Source: Terrimicrobiaceae bacterium
GTDB taxonomy: Bacteria > Verrucomicrobiota > Verrucomicrobiia > Chthoniobacterales > Terrimicrobiaceae
DNA: 64,000 nt
Assembly: GCA_041752695.1 (NCBI GenBank)
Contig: JBGSVZ010000102.1
Span: forward strand, 33,749-97,748
Direction: 5' to 3'
The translations under genes and the position numbers were made by a program. The notes below the pieces were generated by a model. The model saw only the letters and a program-made list of their open reading frames with translations. It had not been told where the DNA came from and did no database searches. Shown here piece after piece: positions 21,407-31,287 of this stretch (position 1 is its first letter; every line of letters begins with the position of its first letter).

Positions 21407-22768
21407 TCAGACCATCGCCCGCCGACGCCGAAGCGACATCACCACCGTCAGGCCGACTGCAAGCAGGGCAAAGGTTGAGGGTTCAGGGACAATCTGGATG
21501 ATATAGTTACCAGAAGTCAGACCGTTGTCGATGACCACGATCGAGGAATCAAAACTCGCAAAAGAGCCTGTGATCGTGCCAAGGCCACCTCCGCTAAGGA
21601 TGGTGTAATTGGTGTTGTATTGAAATCCTGCCAACTCAGTGAAGTCTAAATGTCCCCCCAGTGTTAGCTTAAATGTTCCGTTACCCGTACTAAGCAGTCC
21701 TGTAGTGGTCGCGGTTCCCAGCCCAACAAATAAAGAACCGTCGGCGTTGAGAACCAAATCCGCCCGCAAAGTTACTTGACCATCATTCTGGAGATTGATG
21801 ATTCCACCAGCCTGATTGATGAAATCGCCTGTGCCTGGTGTTCCGAGTGAACCAAGATTCATGGTGCCGCCTCCCGTCCAGTTGAAGGTGCCATTGTTTG
21901 TAAAGGAGGCAAGAGTGAGGTTGCTTTGCCCAGAGGCTCTTGTGTAGTTCCAGATTCCGGAGTTGACAGCGGGGCTGGTAGTGACGTTCGAGAGCAAGTT
22001 CCCATTTGACCAGTTCACGGTCCCATTCACTCCGACGTTCAGTACGCGGGTAGTTCCAGCGGAGGAAGCAAAAAGTGTCCCGGCGCTGCTCATGTTGAAG
22101 ACAGCACTTGTTCCCGCTCCACCGGAACCAATGTCAATGATCGCATTGGCTCCGCCGAAGATCCCCGAATGGGCCGCTCCAAAAAGTGCTCCTGAGCTGG
22201 CGCTATTAAAGGTGATCGACCCATTGTCGAGTTTAATCTGGCGCAACGCGGTCGTATTGCTGGAGGAACTGTAAGTAACAGAGCCGCTATTTGCTGATCC
22301 GCTGCCAACGATGAGACGAGCACCTCCGGAGCCAAAGGCCCCCGTTCCATTCACATTCAGAGAGCCCGTTGTTCCGCTGGCTCCTACAGTGAATAGACTT
22401 CCAGCACCAAGATCTAACAGGCCTGAGGAAACACTGACAGCACCGCCTCCGTTGATGTTAGCCGCAGTGGTGATGTAGAAGTTGGAACTGACATTCAATG
22501 TCGTTGTGCCGCCACCGGCATTTGACACGTTCAGCGTTCCTAGACGCGCTCCGGTCGGGTACACTTCGGAGTTATAGGTGACTGTTTGAGCACCCACGGT
22601 GGCATTTGTCAGATTAGCCGTGTCCCCGGTTACAGGCGCGTTATTGGTGTTCCAGTTGTCACCTGTTGTCCAATTGTCATTCACTCCACCGGCATCCCAG
22701 GTGAGAATGGCTGCATGGGATGTAAAAGGCATTAGAACGGCGCTTAATACTGCGATGGTGTGTTTCAT
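21407..22768 (-). CDS. PEP-CTERM surface protein with Gly/Asn/Thr/Ser-rich beta-strand repeats
   Basis: Signal peptide; WDAGGVNDNWTTGDNW; C-terminus VPEPSTFALLAVGLTVVMSLRRRR. Confidence 0.92.
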   Translation of the reverse strand: MKHTIAVLSAVLMPFTSHAAILTWDAGGVNDNWTTGDNWNTNNAPVTGDTANLTNATVGAQTVTYNSEVYPTGARLGTLNVSNAGGGTTTLNVSSNFYITTAANINGGGAVSVSSGLLDLGAGSLFTVGASGTTGSLNVNGTGAFGSGGARLIVGSGSANSGSVTYSSSSNTTALRQIKLDNGSITFNSASSGALFGAAHSGIFGGANAIIDIGSGGAGTSAVFNMSSAGTLFASSAGTTRVLNVGVNGTVNWSNGNLLSNVTTSPAVNSGIWNYTRASGQSNLTLASFTNNGTFNWTGGGTMNLGSLGTPGTGDFINQAGGIINLQNDGQVTLRADLVLNADGSLFVGLGTATTTGLLSTGNGTFKLTLGGHLDFTELAGFQYNTNYTILSGGGLGTITGSFASFDSSIVVIDNGLTSGNYIIQIVPEPSTFALLAVGLTVVMSLRRRRAMV

Positions 22769-22845
22769 GGCGTGGAATTTTCTGGGTGGTTTTTTTGCTG
22801 AGATTAACGAAATCTTGACCTAAACTATACTTACGCTGATTTATG

Positions 22846-23595
22846 TCAAGGGTTTTGGAAGAGAGTTTCTTCACTGGTTGCCCGATCTCCATTGAGGGCG
22901 TCGCCAGGGAGGTCGCGACAGATTCCAAGGCTTCTGAGAATAGCCGGGGCGACAACCGTTTTGTCTCCTTCGGGGGTGGGGTGAATGCCGTCCGGCAGCA
23001 AGGAGGCGTACAGATGGGGATCGGAGGTTTTGAGGGCAAGCCAGAGGGGATGGATATCCACGAGCGGAAAGCCGCGGGCGGCGGCAACATCGCGATAGTT
23101 TTGGTGGTGCTCTTCAATTTGGCTGCGGTGGGAGGGGTGTCCTTCGGGGTGCTGATCGGCGGGACTGGTGGTCAAGAGCACAAACTCGCAATGGGGCAAG
23201 ATCGCGCGGGTGCGCTCGATCATGGCTTCCAAATTGGCACGGCCCTGTTCTGGCGGACATTTAAAGCGGGTGACGCTATCATTGACCGAGAATTCGATGA
23301 AAACGAGGTCTGGACGGTGAGCAATGACACGTTCTTCAAGGTGGTCGAGGCCCCACTGCGAATATTGGCCGGATCCGCCGCTATTAATAACCTCGACCTT
23401 TTCTGGATAGCGATGGTCGAAGGTTTCACGGAGGATTTGCACCCATTGACCGGCTTCCGTGAGACTGGTGCCGTAGGCGACTATGGTGGCCCGCCCCCCA
23501 CTCTCCAGTTTGCGGAGAACGTGGAGATCCCCGGCCTGAGCGCCTTCGATAGCTGCCAGGAGGGCCAGAGAAACAACCAAGGGCTTCACAGTCAC
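22846..23595 (-). CDS. Secreted SGNH/GDSL hydrolase
   Basis: YGTSLT (block I), NSGGSG, FSVND, DGIHP. Confidence 0.85.
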   Translation of the reverse strand: MTVKPLVVSLALLAAIEGAQAGDLHVLRKLESGGRATIVAYGTSLTEAGQWVQILRETFDHRYPEKVEVINSGGSGQYSQWGLDHLEERVIAHRPDLVFIEFSVNDSVTRFKCPPEQGRANLEAMIERTRAILPHCEFVLLTTSPADQHPEGHPSHRSQIEEHHQNYRDVAAARGFPLVDIHPLWLALKTSDPHLYASLLPDGIHPTPEGDKTVVAPAILRSLGICRDLPGDALNGDRATSEETLFQNP

Positions 23596-23602
23596 TCAAA
23601 GT

Positions 23603-26152
23603 TTAACGAACTTCGGCCCGGATCGGGATGTCGAGGTAGTAGAGGAAGATCGGCGGCTCGCCGGAGCCACCTTGGGAAAGTTTGCCGATATTGCCTGCCT
23701 GGGTCACAATCCGCAAAGTGGCGGAGTAAACGCCCGGCTTGTCGGCTCCCTTGAAGCCGATCAAAAATTCCTGGCGCTCCGGCTTCGGGCCGCCTTCGAG
23801 ACCGCCTTTGCCATCGGTTCCCACGAATTTCAAAGCATTTGGATCGGCCGCTTGCGGACTCTGAAATTCAAAGAGGCGCGCTTCCGGTCCGATAAGCACG
23901 GCACCGACATGATCTGTGGGAGCCGCGAGTTTTTGTTCCTCACCGAAGGCATCGGGCTGGAAGGAGGCCAACCCGTAGAGGATGGTCGCAACGGGCTGAC
24001 CCGGAGTCTCCGCAAGCTGCTCGGCCCGGACATCGGCCTGACCATTCCACACCGAACGCGGCGGGGAAGTGGCAGCCTGCCCGGACGGAAGTGTGCCAAA
24101 ATCAATGGGGTCGTTGGAACTCAATTCAAGCGTCGGGCGAAGGATTTCCACGTCCGAAAGATTATCGAGAAGGACTGAGGCGCCAGAATCCTTGGACTGG
24201 TTGATGAAACGCACGCCGGCATTGCTGGGGAGCAGGATCAACTGGTCGAGTCCGACCTCGCTCATGCGTTGGACGATTCGGCGGGTGACAAACTCCTGCC
24301 CACGGACCGAGGCGGTACGCATGCCTCCCCAGGCTTGATAGCCGGAGCCCGAGGCATCCGCACAAAGGTTCATATACAACCTGCCCTCTGCATCTCCGGA
24401 CTCGACAGACAGATCCGCCGAATAGGAAACCAGACAGCCTGGGCGGAGTGCCACTTTCTGGAGAGGTGGCGCATTCCAATATCCTCCCACCCCAAGGGCG
24501 ATCTTGGCGGCGCGAATGCAACTCTTACCGGACTCAGGAAACGCGATGGCATGACGCCCGCCGCCCGTCCCTCCCTCAACGACCTTCGCTCCGTCCACCA
24601 GCGTCCACCAGGTCGGCACGCCTTTGCCGTCCAGCTCCTCAAAGCCGGGGTTGGGAAAGGAAAAAGCCCCACGGTCAGGCTGAGGCGACTGCGCCCAATC
24701 AACGTGTCGGAAGGGTGTGGCTGGAAGGCCCTCCTTATTTTCAAGCGTCGCCAGAGGATTGCCATCCCAGGCATAGCGCAGATGCACAGGATCCGGCACT
24801 TTCCCGGAGGTCACGATCACCGTGTCCCCGTCAATCCTTGCTTCGGCAGGATGATATTCGAGGTTCTTGCCAGCGACCTCGAAACCCTCAAGCTTGTCAC
24901 CCCGAATCTGGAGTCCAGAGCCAACTTCATCGAATGTCACGACAAACTCGTGATTCCTACGGACAACATCTCGTGGAATCGGGCCGCTGGCGACAACCTC
25001 TTCACCATAGGCCACCTTTCGCGCTTGGAGGAGCAGGCGGTCCGCGATGGGCTCCTTCTTCTTAGGATGGATGTCATAGGTCTCACCGACATCAATTGCA
25101 ATGGCCATGCCCGCCTTCGGCACGTTCTTCCAAACATCAAGCTGGGCCTCGCGCATCTCGGTCCAGGTCATGCGGTCCGTCAGCACCTTATATTCGGCCA
25201 GAGTCGCGGCATCCATGTCTATCCCGCTGGGGGGCGCTTGCACCGCAACGAAGCCAGGCAACTGAACAAATAAAAACGGCAGTTCCGGCCGTTGCCAAGC
25301 CTCGCGCCAGCAGGAAATCAGAGTGGGCATCAGTGTGCGAAACTGCGCGGCCCGGTTGGCGTTGTATTCGGCCTGATAGTAAAGAACGCCCCGCAAGGAA
25401 TACGGCGCGATGGCCGAAATGACCCCATTGTAGAGCTCTGCGTCTTGTTTCAAGGCATCCCCAAAGACAGACTTCAAGCGCGGATCCCCCTCAAGCAGAT
25501 CGCGACGCACCCAGCCCTCGGCAGGATAAATGGCGGTGTAGGTGATCATGCCGACCGGCACCTTCCCCTCGAAGTGCTTGAAGAGCTTGTGGGCAAACCA
25601 AAAACTCACCGCCGAATATCCTTTCGCAGGCGGGTTCCATACGGCCGGGATGTCGGTCTGCGGCTCCGGTTGAAATAAAAACGGGCCGAGTTGGTTGACC
25701 ACGCGAATTTTGTCCACACCGTCGTTTTTATGGGCCTCGTAGTACGCCTCGCCGCCCTCCGCCTGATTCAATCCCATCATCATGTTAGACTGCCCGGCCG
25801 TGAACCACACCTCACCAACCAGCACATCTTGAATTGTGCGAGCATCGCCCGATTTTGATGTGATCTGCATTTTGCGAGGCTCAAAACTAGCTGGCATCGG
25901 GTCGAGGACCACCTGCCAACGGCCATCGTGAGCAGCCATCGCGGATTTTTCCTGACCGGCAAAACGCACCGTTACGGAGTTACCCGGCTCAGACCACCCC
26001 CAAACCTGCACCGGCAAGTCCCTTTGAAGCACCATTCGATCGGAAAAAATCTGCGGCATTCGCAACTCGGCTTGCAGCGATCCACCAAGAATCAGCAGGA
26101 AAGAGATGATCCTACAGGATGTTCCATTCCATCGTTTGCTGGGAGATGACAT
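23603..26152 (-). CDS. Secreted SASA-family acetylesterase with C-terminal CBM-like extension (849 aa)
   Basis: FSDRMVLQRD, GQSNM, YQAEYN, DIHP, GLPATPFR; followed by an NPGFE CBM4/9-like start. Confidence 0.85.
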   Translation of the reverse strand: MSSPSKRWNGTSCRIISFLLILGGSLQAELRMPQIFSDRMVLQRDLPVQVWGWSEPGNSVTVRFAGQEKSAMAAHDGRWQVVLDPMPASFEPRKMQITSKSGDARTIQDVLVGEVWFTAGQSNMMMGLNQAEGGEAYYEAHKNDGVDKIRVVNQLGPFLFQPEPQTDIPAVWNPPAKGYSAVSFWFAHKLFKHFEGKVPVGMITYTAIYPAEGWVRRDLLEGDPRLKSVFGDALKQDAELYNGVISAIAPYSLRGVLYYQAEYNANRAAQFRTLMPTLISCWREAWQRPELPFLFVQLPGFVAVQAPPSGIDMDAATLAEYKVLTDRMTWTEMREAQLDVWKNVPKAGMAIAIDVGETYDIHPKKKEPIADRLLLQARKVAYGEEVVASGPIPRDVVRRNHEFVVTFDEVGSGLQIRGDKLEGFEVAGKNLEYHPAEARIDGDTVIVTSGKVPDPVHLRYAWDGNPLATLENKEGLPATPFRHVDWAQSPQPDRGAFSFPNPGFEELDGKGVPTWWTLVDGAKVVEGGTGGGRHAIAFPESGKSCIRAAKIALGVGGYWNAPPLQKVALRPGCLVSYSADLSVESGDAEGRLYMNLCADASGSGYQAWGGMRTASVRGQEFVTRRIVQRMSEVGLDQLILLPSNAGVRFINQSKDSGASVLLDNLSDVEILRPTLELSSNDPIDFGTLPSGQAATSPPRSVWNGQADVRAEQLAETPGQPVATILYGLASFQPDAFGEEQKLAAPTDHVGAVLIGPEARLFEFQSPQAADPNALKFVGTDGKGGLEGGPKPERQEFLIGFKGADKPGVYSATLRIVTQAGNIGKLSQGGSGEPPIFLYYLDIPIRAEVR

Positions 26153-26226
26153 AGTAATATGATTCGCGAAGGGTTTTTATTGTTTCTGAATTATATCGGA
26201 TCAGATTGCGTCTGAGTATAGCTGCT

Positions 26227-27285
26227 TTATTCCTCTGGCACTGGAACGGTCTCGCCAAGGAAGGACCCGTAGGCGATGGCAAGGACCGCGACTACCAGTG
26301 TGCCAAGCGATGCAACCAAGATGCGGTGAGTGCGTGGGCGGCAGGACCGCCATTCGCGGAAGATGAGACCGACAAGTGCGCTGAAGAGCACCAGCATGAT
26401 CATGTGAATCCCCCAACTCGCAAATTTAAACTCCCCCATGCGTGTGTGTCCGAGGCCGTAGAAGAAAAACTGCCCATACCAGAGTGTGCCTGTAAGCAGT
26501 GCGCAGGCGAAATTGAGCGGCAGATGAAGAACTGCTGCGCCTGACGGAAGGCGCACGTATTCACCAAAAGAGTTGTGCCGAGCGTGCAATGCAATGCAAT
26601 ACAAGGACGTGGTGAGAAAGGCTCCCGCGTTGGAGAAAATGTAGATGGCGTTTCCCTCGAAATGGCCCGCTCCATAACGCGCCGCGACGTCGGCAATGGG
26701 CTGGCCGGCAGCCAGCGAGAATCCGTAAACCGCAGAAAGCACCCCGGCCAGCGTACAGATGGGGAGTCCTTTGCGAAGATTGAAGGTTCCGGTGCTTCCC
26801 CGCAAATCACGCTCTTTCGACCGACCGGCCATCCCTGATAGGGCGATGCCCAAGCAACCGATCGCTATCCCGACAAAAATCCAGCCCGCGCCCGCCTTTG
26901 AGGCCAACTGGCCGAATTGCCCAGCCACGAGCGGAGGCAGGAGCGTGCCCAGCACACAGGAAATTCCAATGGCAATGGCGTACGTTAGCGAGAAGCCCAA
27001 GTGACGGATTGCTACTCCGAATGCCGTCCCCCCCACACCGTAGAGCATGCCAAGAAGGAAGGACTGGAACATCGCTGAACGAGGCGCTTCCACCAAAACT
27101 TGACCCAGTTCTGGAACGGTGAGCAGGGCAATAAAAACCGGCAGCAACAACCAGCACACGACTGCTTGAGCCAGCCAAAAACTCTGCCACGACCAACCGC
27201 GTGCCGCCCTCTGGGGCGTGTAACAAAAGGCAGCCGAGAGAGCTCCAATCGCATGAAAGAAGATGCCAAAAATGGGACCCGTCAT
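26227..27285 (-). CDS. rhaT: L-rhamnose:H+ symporter (RhaT family)
   Basis: About ten TM helices; GIFFHAIGA, WSWQSFW, LGFSLTYAIAIG, LWYGQFFFYGLG, SWGIHM, EWR. Confidence 0.85.
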   Translation of the reverse strand: MTGPIFGIFFHAIGALSAAFCYTPQRAARGWSWQSFWLAQAVVCWLLLPVFIALLTVPELGQVLVEAPRSAMFQSFLLGMLYGVGGTAFGVAIRHLGFSLTYAIAIGISCVLGTLLPPLVAGQFGQLASKAGAGWIFVGIAIGCLGIALSGMAGRSKERDLRGSTGTFNLRKGLPICTLAGVLSAVYGFSLAAGQPIADVAARYGAGHFEGNAIYIFSNAGAFLTTSLYCIALHARHNSFGEYVRLPSGAAVLHLPLNFACALLTGTLWYGQFFFYGLGHTRMGEFKFASWGIHMIMLVLFSALVGLIFREWRSCRPRTHRILVASLGTLVVAVLAIAYGSFLGETVPVPEE

Positions 27286-27369
27286 GGCAAATTCACTTTA
27301 AGGTTGTGGAAATATTCCACGAATTCGCTGGCAGGTTCTTATGCACAATGGCCTCATGACTACGCAGAG

Positions 27370-29511
27370 TCACGAGACTAGGGCAGGCAGGATGGGCGAG
27401 TCCCCGCGTCTTTTCGTGGAGGCTTGGGTGGCAAGTGGATCACGGCGCAGAGCACCCTCCCGGTAGAGCCCAAAGAGCATGGCAAGCGTGGCCCCGGCGG
27501 CCCATGGAAACTCAGCGTGACCCGTGCCACTCCCTGTGAGAGGATCGTAGCATTCATAGATCGTCTCGTGGCGCGAGACGACATCAAGAATCTTCAGCAC
27601 GGCAGCATCGGCTTCGGCGTGCAGGCCGGCTTGATTCAGCGCTCCAACAAGGAAGTAATTGTAGTTCATCCAGCTGCGTCCCTGCCAATAGGATTGCTGG
27701 ACAAGGGCACCAGGCCATCCCGGTGGTTCGTAAAGCGAGCCTCCGCTTCGGAACGCCTCATGGGAGCGATCCATGGTCGCGAAAGGCATGGGAGTGTAAA
27801 ATTTCTCCGGATTCAGCAAATACTTGCGACAGATCTGCCTGGCAATCGGCTCAGGCGCAATTCCTGCGAAGACGGGCAAAAAGCTGTCCGCTCCCACCAT
27901 CCCCGAAAAGCGTCCATCGGTCGTCCGCCGGGTTTGGTAAATACCGGCCTCGGGATTAAAAAGCCGTTCGTGAATGAGAGATCGGAAATCACCGGCTCGA
28001 GATCGCCACGATGAAGCCTCCAGATCCCGTCCAAGTGTTGCAGCCATGAGGGCCAGTGCCTGCATCTCCAGATACAAGTGAGCGTTCAAATCCGGAGCCT
28101 CAAAAAGAAATTCTGTTTTCGCTCCCCAGTCCTTTTCAAACCACTTTTCCCCGGGTTTCAACGCGATGGGACAATCCTCCATCGTTGAAAGGGCATCATC
28201 AAGGCCGAGACAGCCTTCGCCCCTTGCAAAAGAACACAGACCAGAGGGTTCGCTCCAGTTATCCAACCACCAGTTCACATATCGGCAGAGAGCAGGATAG
28301 GCTTCCTCCAGCGCATCTAAGTTGGGGCTGAGCGTATGAAAGTTCCAGATTCCCCAGGCGAGGATTGGATTCTGCGCACCAGCTTCATACTGTCCATCGT
28401 GGTAGCGGTAGAACGGCCTCCCGTCGGGCTGGATGCCTTTACAAAGGTGGAGGAAAGAATTCCAGCCGGTCACGCTATCGTTCATCAGACCGCTGCCCAG
28501 TGCAGTAATACACGTGTCCCAGAACCACATAGCCTCCACACCGGCTTTTCCGCCATGGATAACCATCAGGCGCTCTCCATCCGGGGTTGTTTCCAGATAC
28601 CGGCAGCTCTGGACGATACCTGCTGCGCGCAGTGCCAAAGGTTTGAATCGAGCCAAATGGGCCGGAACATCGGGCAGAGCCAGGTAATAGTCCTCCATTC
28701 GGCCGATGGCATCTCCAAGAGTGAAGGGAATTTCCGGCTTGGGAGCATCATTGAAGCGTACTTCAAAGTTCCACCGTTTTCTCTCCCCTCCCGCGAGCAC
28801 AAAGTCCTGCCAGTCGGTCTCCAATTGGCCTTCCGCCTCGCGAAAGGGAAGGCCGCTCATCTCGGCGACCGCCTCGTATTCACTCAGGACCTTCTGACGG
28901 CAGGAATGGCGAAAACCCGACCTCCCGACGGTCAAGTGGTGCGCCAGCCCCGGCTCGGGGATCGAGATCCAGCGGGTTCGCACATCCACTGCCGCGCACG
29001 ACACATTGTGCAGTTCATACTCAATCGCCAGCACGTCAGTGGACGAATAATAAATCACGCAACGCCCCCGTACGGGCGGAGCGGGACGACAGGTCGGAGC
29101 CGTGACGTGAAACAACTCCTCCACATGGGAGCGAAAGTAATTAATGCTCGCGTACGGTCGCAAGTGGACGGAACTGCCCGGAAACTCCCATTCTATCCCC
29201 AGCAGCTTTCGGAAAAGCAACCGGGCATCCAACTGGATGTGGGAGAAACATGCATCCGGTCCTGGCAAGGTTGCAAAATCCTTGAGTATGGAAAATCGAC
29301 TCCCTTCGGCACGGAAAGCGAAATCGCTCCTAAACTCATCTGCAAGTTGATCCTGCGGCAGATGCCGGCAAAACCTCACCAAGTTCCAACTCTGGCGCGT
29401 CATCGCTGGAAGATCGTCATACATCCAAGCACAGTCTTTTTCCAAAGGCAGAGACGATCTGTCCGGGGAGGACTCAAACACGTCATCCTGGATTGTGGGA
29501 CTTCTCATCAT
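27370..29511 (-). CDS. GH63/MGH1-like (alpha/alpha)6 glycoside hydrolase
   Basis: WFWDT, GLDD, APDLNA, YWQGRSW, YECYDPLTGSG, FPW. Confidence 0.75.
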   Translation of the reverse strand: MMRSPTIQDDVFESSPDRSSLPLEKDCAWMYDDLPAMTRQSWNLVRFCRHLPQDQLADEFRSDFAFRAEGSRFSILKDFATLPGPDACFSHIQLDARLLFRKLLGIEWEFPGSSVHLRPYASINYFRSHVEELFHVTAPTCRPAPPVRGRCVIYYSSTDVLAIEYELHNVSCAAVDVRTRWISIPEPGLAHHLTVGRSGFRHSCRQKVLSEYEAVAEMSGLPFREAEGQLETDWQDFVLAGGERKRWNFEVRFNDAPKPEIPFTLGDAIGRMEDYYLALPDVPAHLARFKPLALRAAGIVQSCRYLETTPDGERLMVIHGGKAGVEAMWFWDTCITALGSGLMNDSVTGWNSFLHLCKGIQPDGRPFYRYHDGQYEAGAQNPILAWGIWNFHTLSPNLDALEEAYPALCRYVNWWLDNWSEPSGLCSFARGEGCLGLDDALSTMEDCPIALKPGEKWFEKDWGAKTEFLFEAPDLNAHLYLEMQALALMAATLGRDLEASSWRSRAGDFRSLIHERLFNPEAGIYQTRRTTDGRFSGMVGADSFLPVFAGIAPEPIARQICRKYLLNPEKFYTPMPFATMDRSHEAFRSGGSLYEPPGWPGALVQQSYWQGRSWMNYNYFLVGALNQAGLHAEADAAVLKILDVVSRHETIYECYDPLTGSGTGHAEFPWAAGATLAMLFGLYREGALRRDPLATQASTKRRGDSPILPALVS

Positions 29512-29642
29512 GTGAACTCAAACTGTATTTCTACTGATGTCAATCCGATTTTGAAAATATCACTGTGTTCCCGGCAGAAAGACGCTCAACCGCTTCCTCA
29601 CTTGATCAAATCGTGTCCAATACGTAAGAGTTCCCAATTACA

Positions 29643-31139
29643 GTGCCCTTACCTTCCGACAAACCACCTTCGCCCCAGCGCCAAACCCGCAGAAAGCGCG
29701 ACCAACTGGCTCCCCACTCCCAACGCCTTTCGGTCCCAGCCACCGACCAAGCCATCCTGAAAGAGTTGGAAACCTGGATTCTCGACGGACGCGTGGAACC
29801 AGGGCAACGGTTTCCTTCGATCAAAAAGATTCAAACCATGCTGCGCGTCGGGCAACTCGGCGTGAATTTGGCGATGGAGTCGCTCGCCCGCCGGGGTCTC
29901 GTCGAGACCCGCAGCAGGAGCGGGAATTATCTCCTTCCCAAAGCCAGGGAGATTCTCGCGGCAGAGAATGGAGAGTCCCTGCAATCGGCCTGGATGCTGG
30001 ACCACTACCTGCCATCAACCCGAAACAGCACTCTCACCGTTTTCACCATTGACTGCATCGGGCGGATGCGAGGGGCGTGGAATCGCGCGGTGGCCGCGTT
30101 TGGGGAAAGCCACGGCTTTCACGTTCGCTTGCTGACCCCGAACGACGGACACCTCGGCGACCTTCTTGAGAGCCAGAGTGTTGATGTCGTGCACACGACG
30201 CCCGAGATTCTCCAGTCGATTGGCTGGGACCGCTTCCAGGAAATTGACTCCGCTCCCTGGCTGGACGACCTCCGCTCCGACTTCCTTCCCCAGGTAAGTT
30301 CAAAGTTTGCCACGCGCCCGAACGCCTGCGCGATACCCTTCGCCATCACCGTGATGTATCTGTTTTACAATCGCAGTCTCGCCACAGAACACGGCCTGCC
30401 CCTGGAGATCCCCTCCGATCCCTTTGAATTTCTGGAAGCAATGCGCCGCGCGCAGGAGAGCCTTGCCGCGAGGGGACTGGATGCCTTCCAAGTCTCGGCG
30501 CTTGCCGACATCCTCCGCATGACCGGTGGACTGCTCGTCTCCATCGACGGACGGGTAACTCTCGACCTCGATCAGAGCTTGAAGACCATTGAAATCCTCA
30601 GTGGCTCGAAAATTCCTTTTCCCAACCCGCTCCTCGTCCCAAGCACCTTCGCCTCCGGCCGTCTTCTGGCCATGCGGCATCCGAGTTTCACTTCCGCGGA
30701 ATTGCTCGACCGCTCTGCCTTCGACTGGCAGGCTCTGGCCGTCCCTCTCGCCTTGGGCATTCGGGATGCCTCCTGGCTCACCATGCTCGCGATGCCCAAG
30801 TCTTCGTCTTCGCCGGACGCTGCCGCCGAAATGATTGAACACCTGCTCAGCGAGACAAGCCAGCGTGGGTTCGCTTCCGTGGGGGGCAATCTCCCGGTGA
30901 GACGATCCGCTCTCTCGGCGGTCGTGGAAGCGGACCTCGACCATGTCTCTGCCGAGTCTCTCCACCGCGCCCTCTCCCAATCGGAACTGTCCTGGCCCCA
31001 CATGGCCACCTCGTTCCTAGTTGATAATTCAACTCTACACAGCGAGATGCGCGAATGCAGCGCCGGACGCTCGTCGTCCGCCAAAGTTCTTGGAATTCTT
31101 GAGGCCTTGCTCAAAAAGAATTCTCATCGCGCCATCTAA
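29643..31139 (+). CDS. GntR winged-HTH regulator fused to a sugar-binding (SBP-like) domain
   Basis: GQRFPSIKKI...LAMESLARRGLVETRSRSGNY followed by AIPFAITVMYLFYNRSL, an ABC SBP-like motif. Confidence 0.8.
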   Translation: MPLPSDKPPSPQRQTRRKRDQLAPHSQRLSVPATDQAILKELETWILDGRVEPGQRFPSIKKIQTMLRVGQLGVNLAMESLARRGLVETRSRSGNYLLPKAREILAAENGESLQSAWMLDHYLPSTRNSTLTVFTIDCIGRMRGAWNRAVAAFGESHGFHVRLLTPNDGHLGDLLESQSVDVVHTTPEILQSIGWDRFQEIDSAPWLDDLRSDFLPQVSSKFATRPNACAIPFAITVMYLFYNRSLATEHGLPLEIPSDPFEFLEAMRRAQESLAARGLDAFQVSALADILRMTGGLLVSIDGRVTLDLDQSLKTIEILSGSKIPFPNPLLVPSTFASGRLLAMRHPSFTSAELLDRSAFDWQALAVPLALGIRDASWLTMLAMPKSSSSPDAAAEMIEHLLSETSQRGFASVGGNLPVRRSALSAVVEADLDHVSAESLHRALSQSELSWPHMATSFLVDNSTLHSEMRECSAGRSSSAKVLGILEALLKKNSHRAI

Positions 31140-31287
31140 AATCCCATCTGCCCCCCCCCGCGGCTGCGAACCCTTGGACCCTGATTCCAATGGGGGAGGA
31201 CGGTCCCTGTCCGCCCATCGCGACAGCCGTCAAAAATGCGTTTAAAAGCATTGTTTTGCATCTAGTTTGGATATAGATGAGGTCAGA

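Noticed and set aside
28336..29760. Long antisense ORFs (474 aa here; also 6684-7697, 8534-9412, 22843-23754, 24269-25273, 31111-32136, 52665-53594)
   Set aside because: They are shadows of well-supported genes on the opposite strand in GC-rich DNA and show no motifs.
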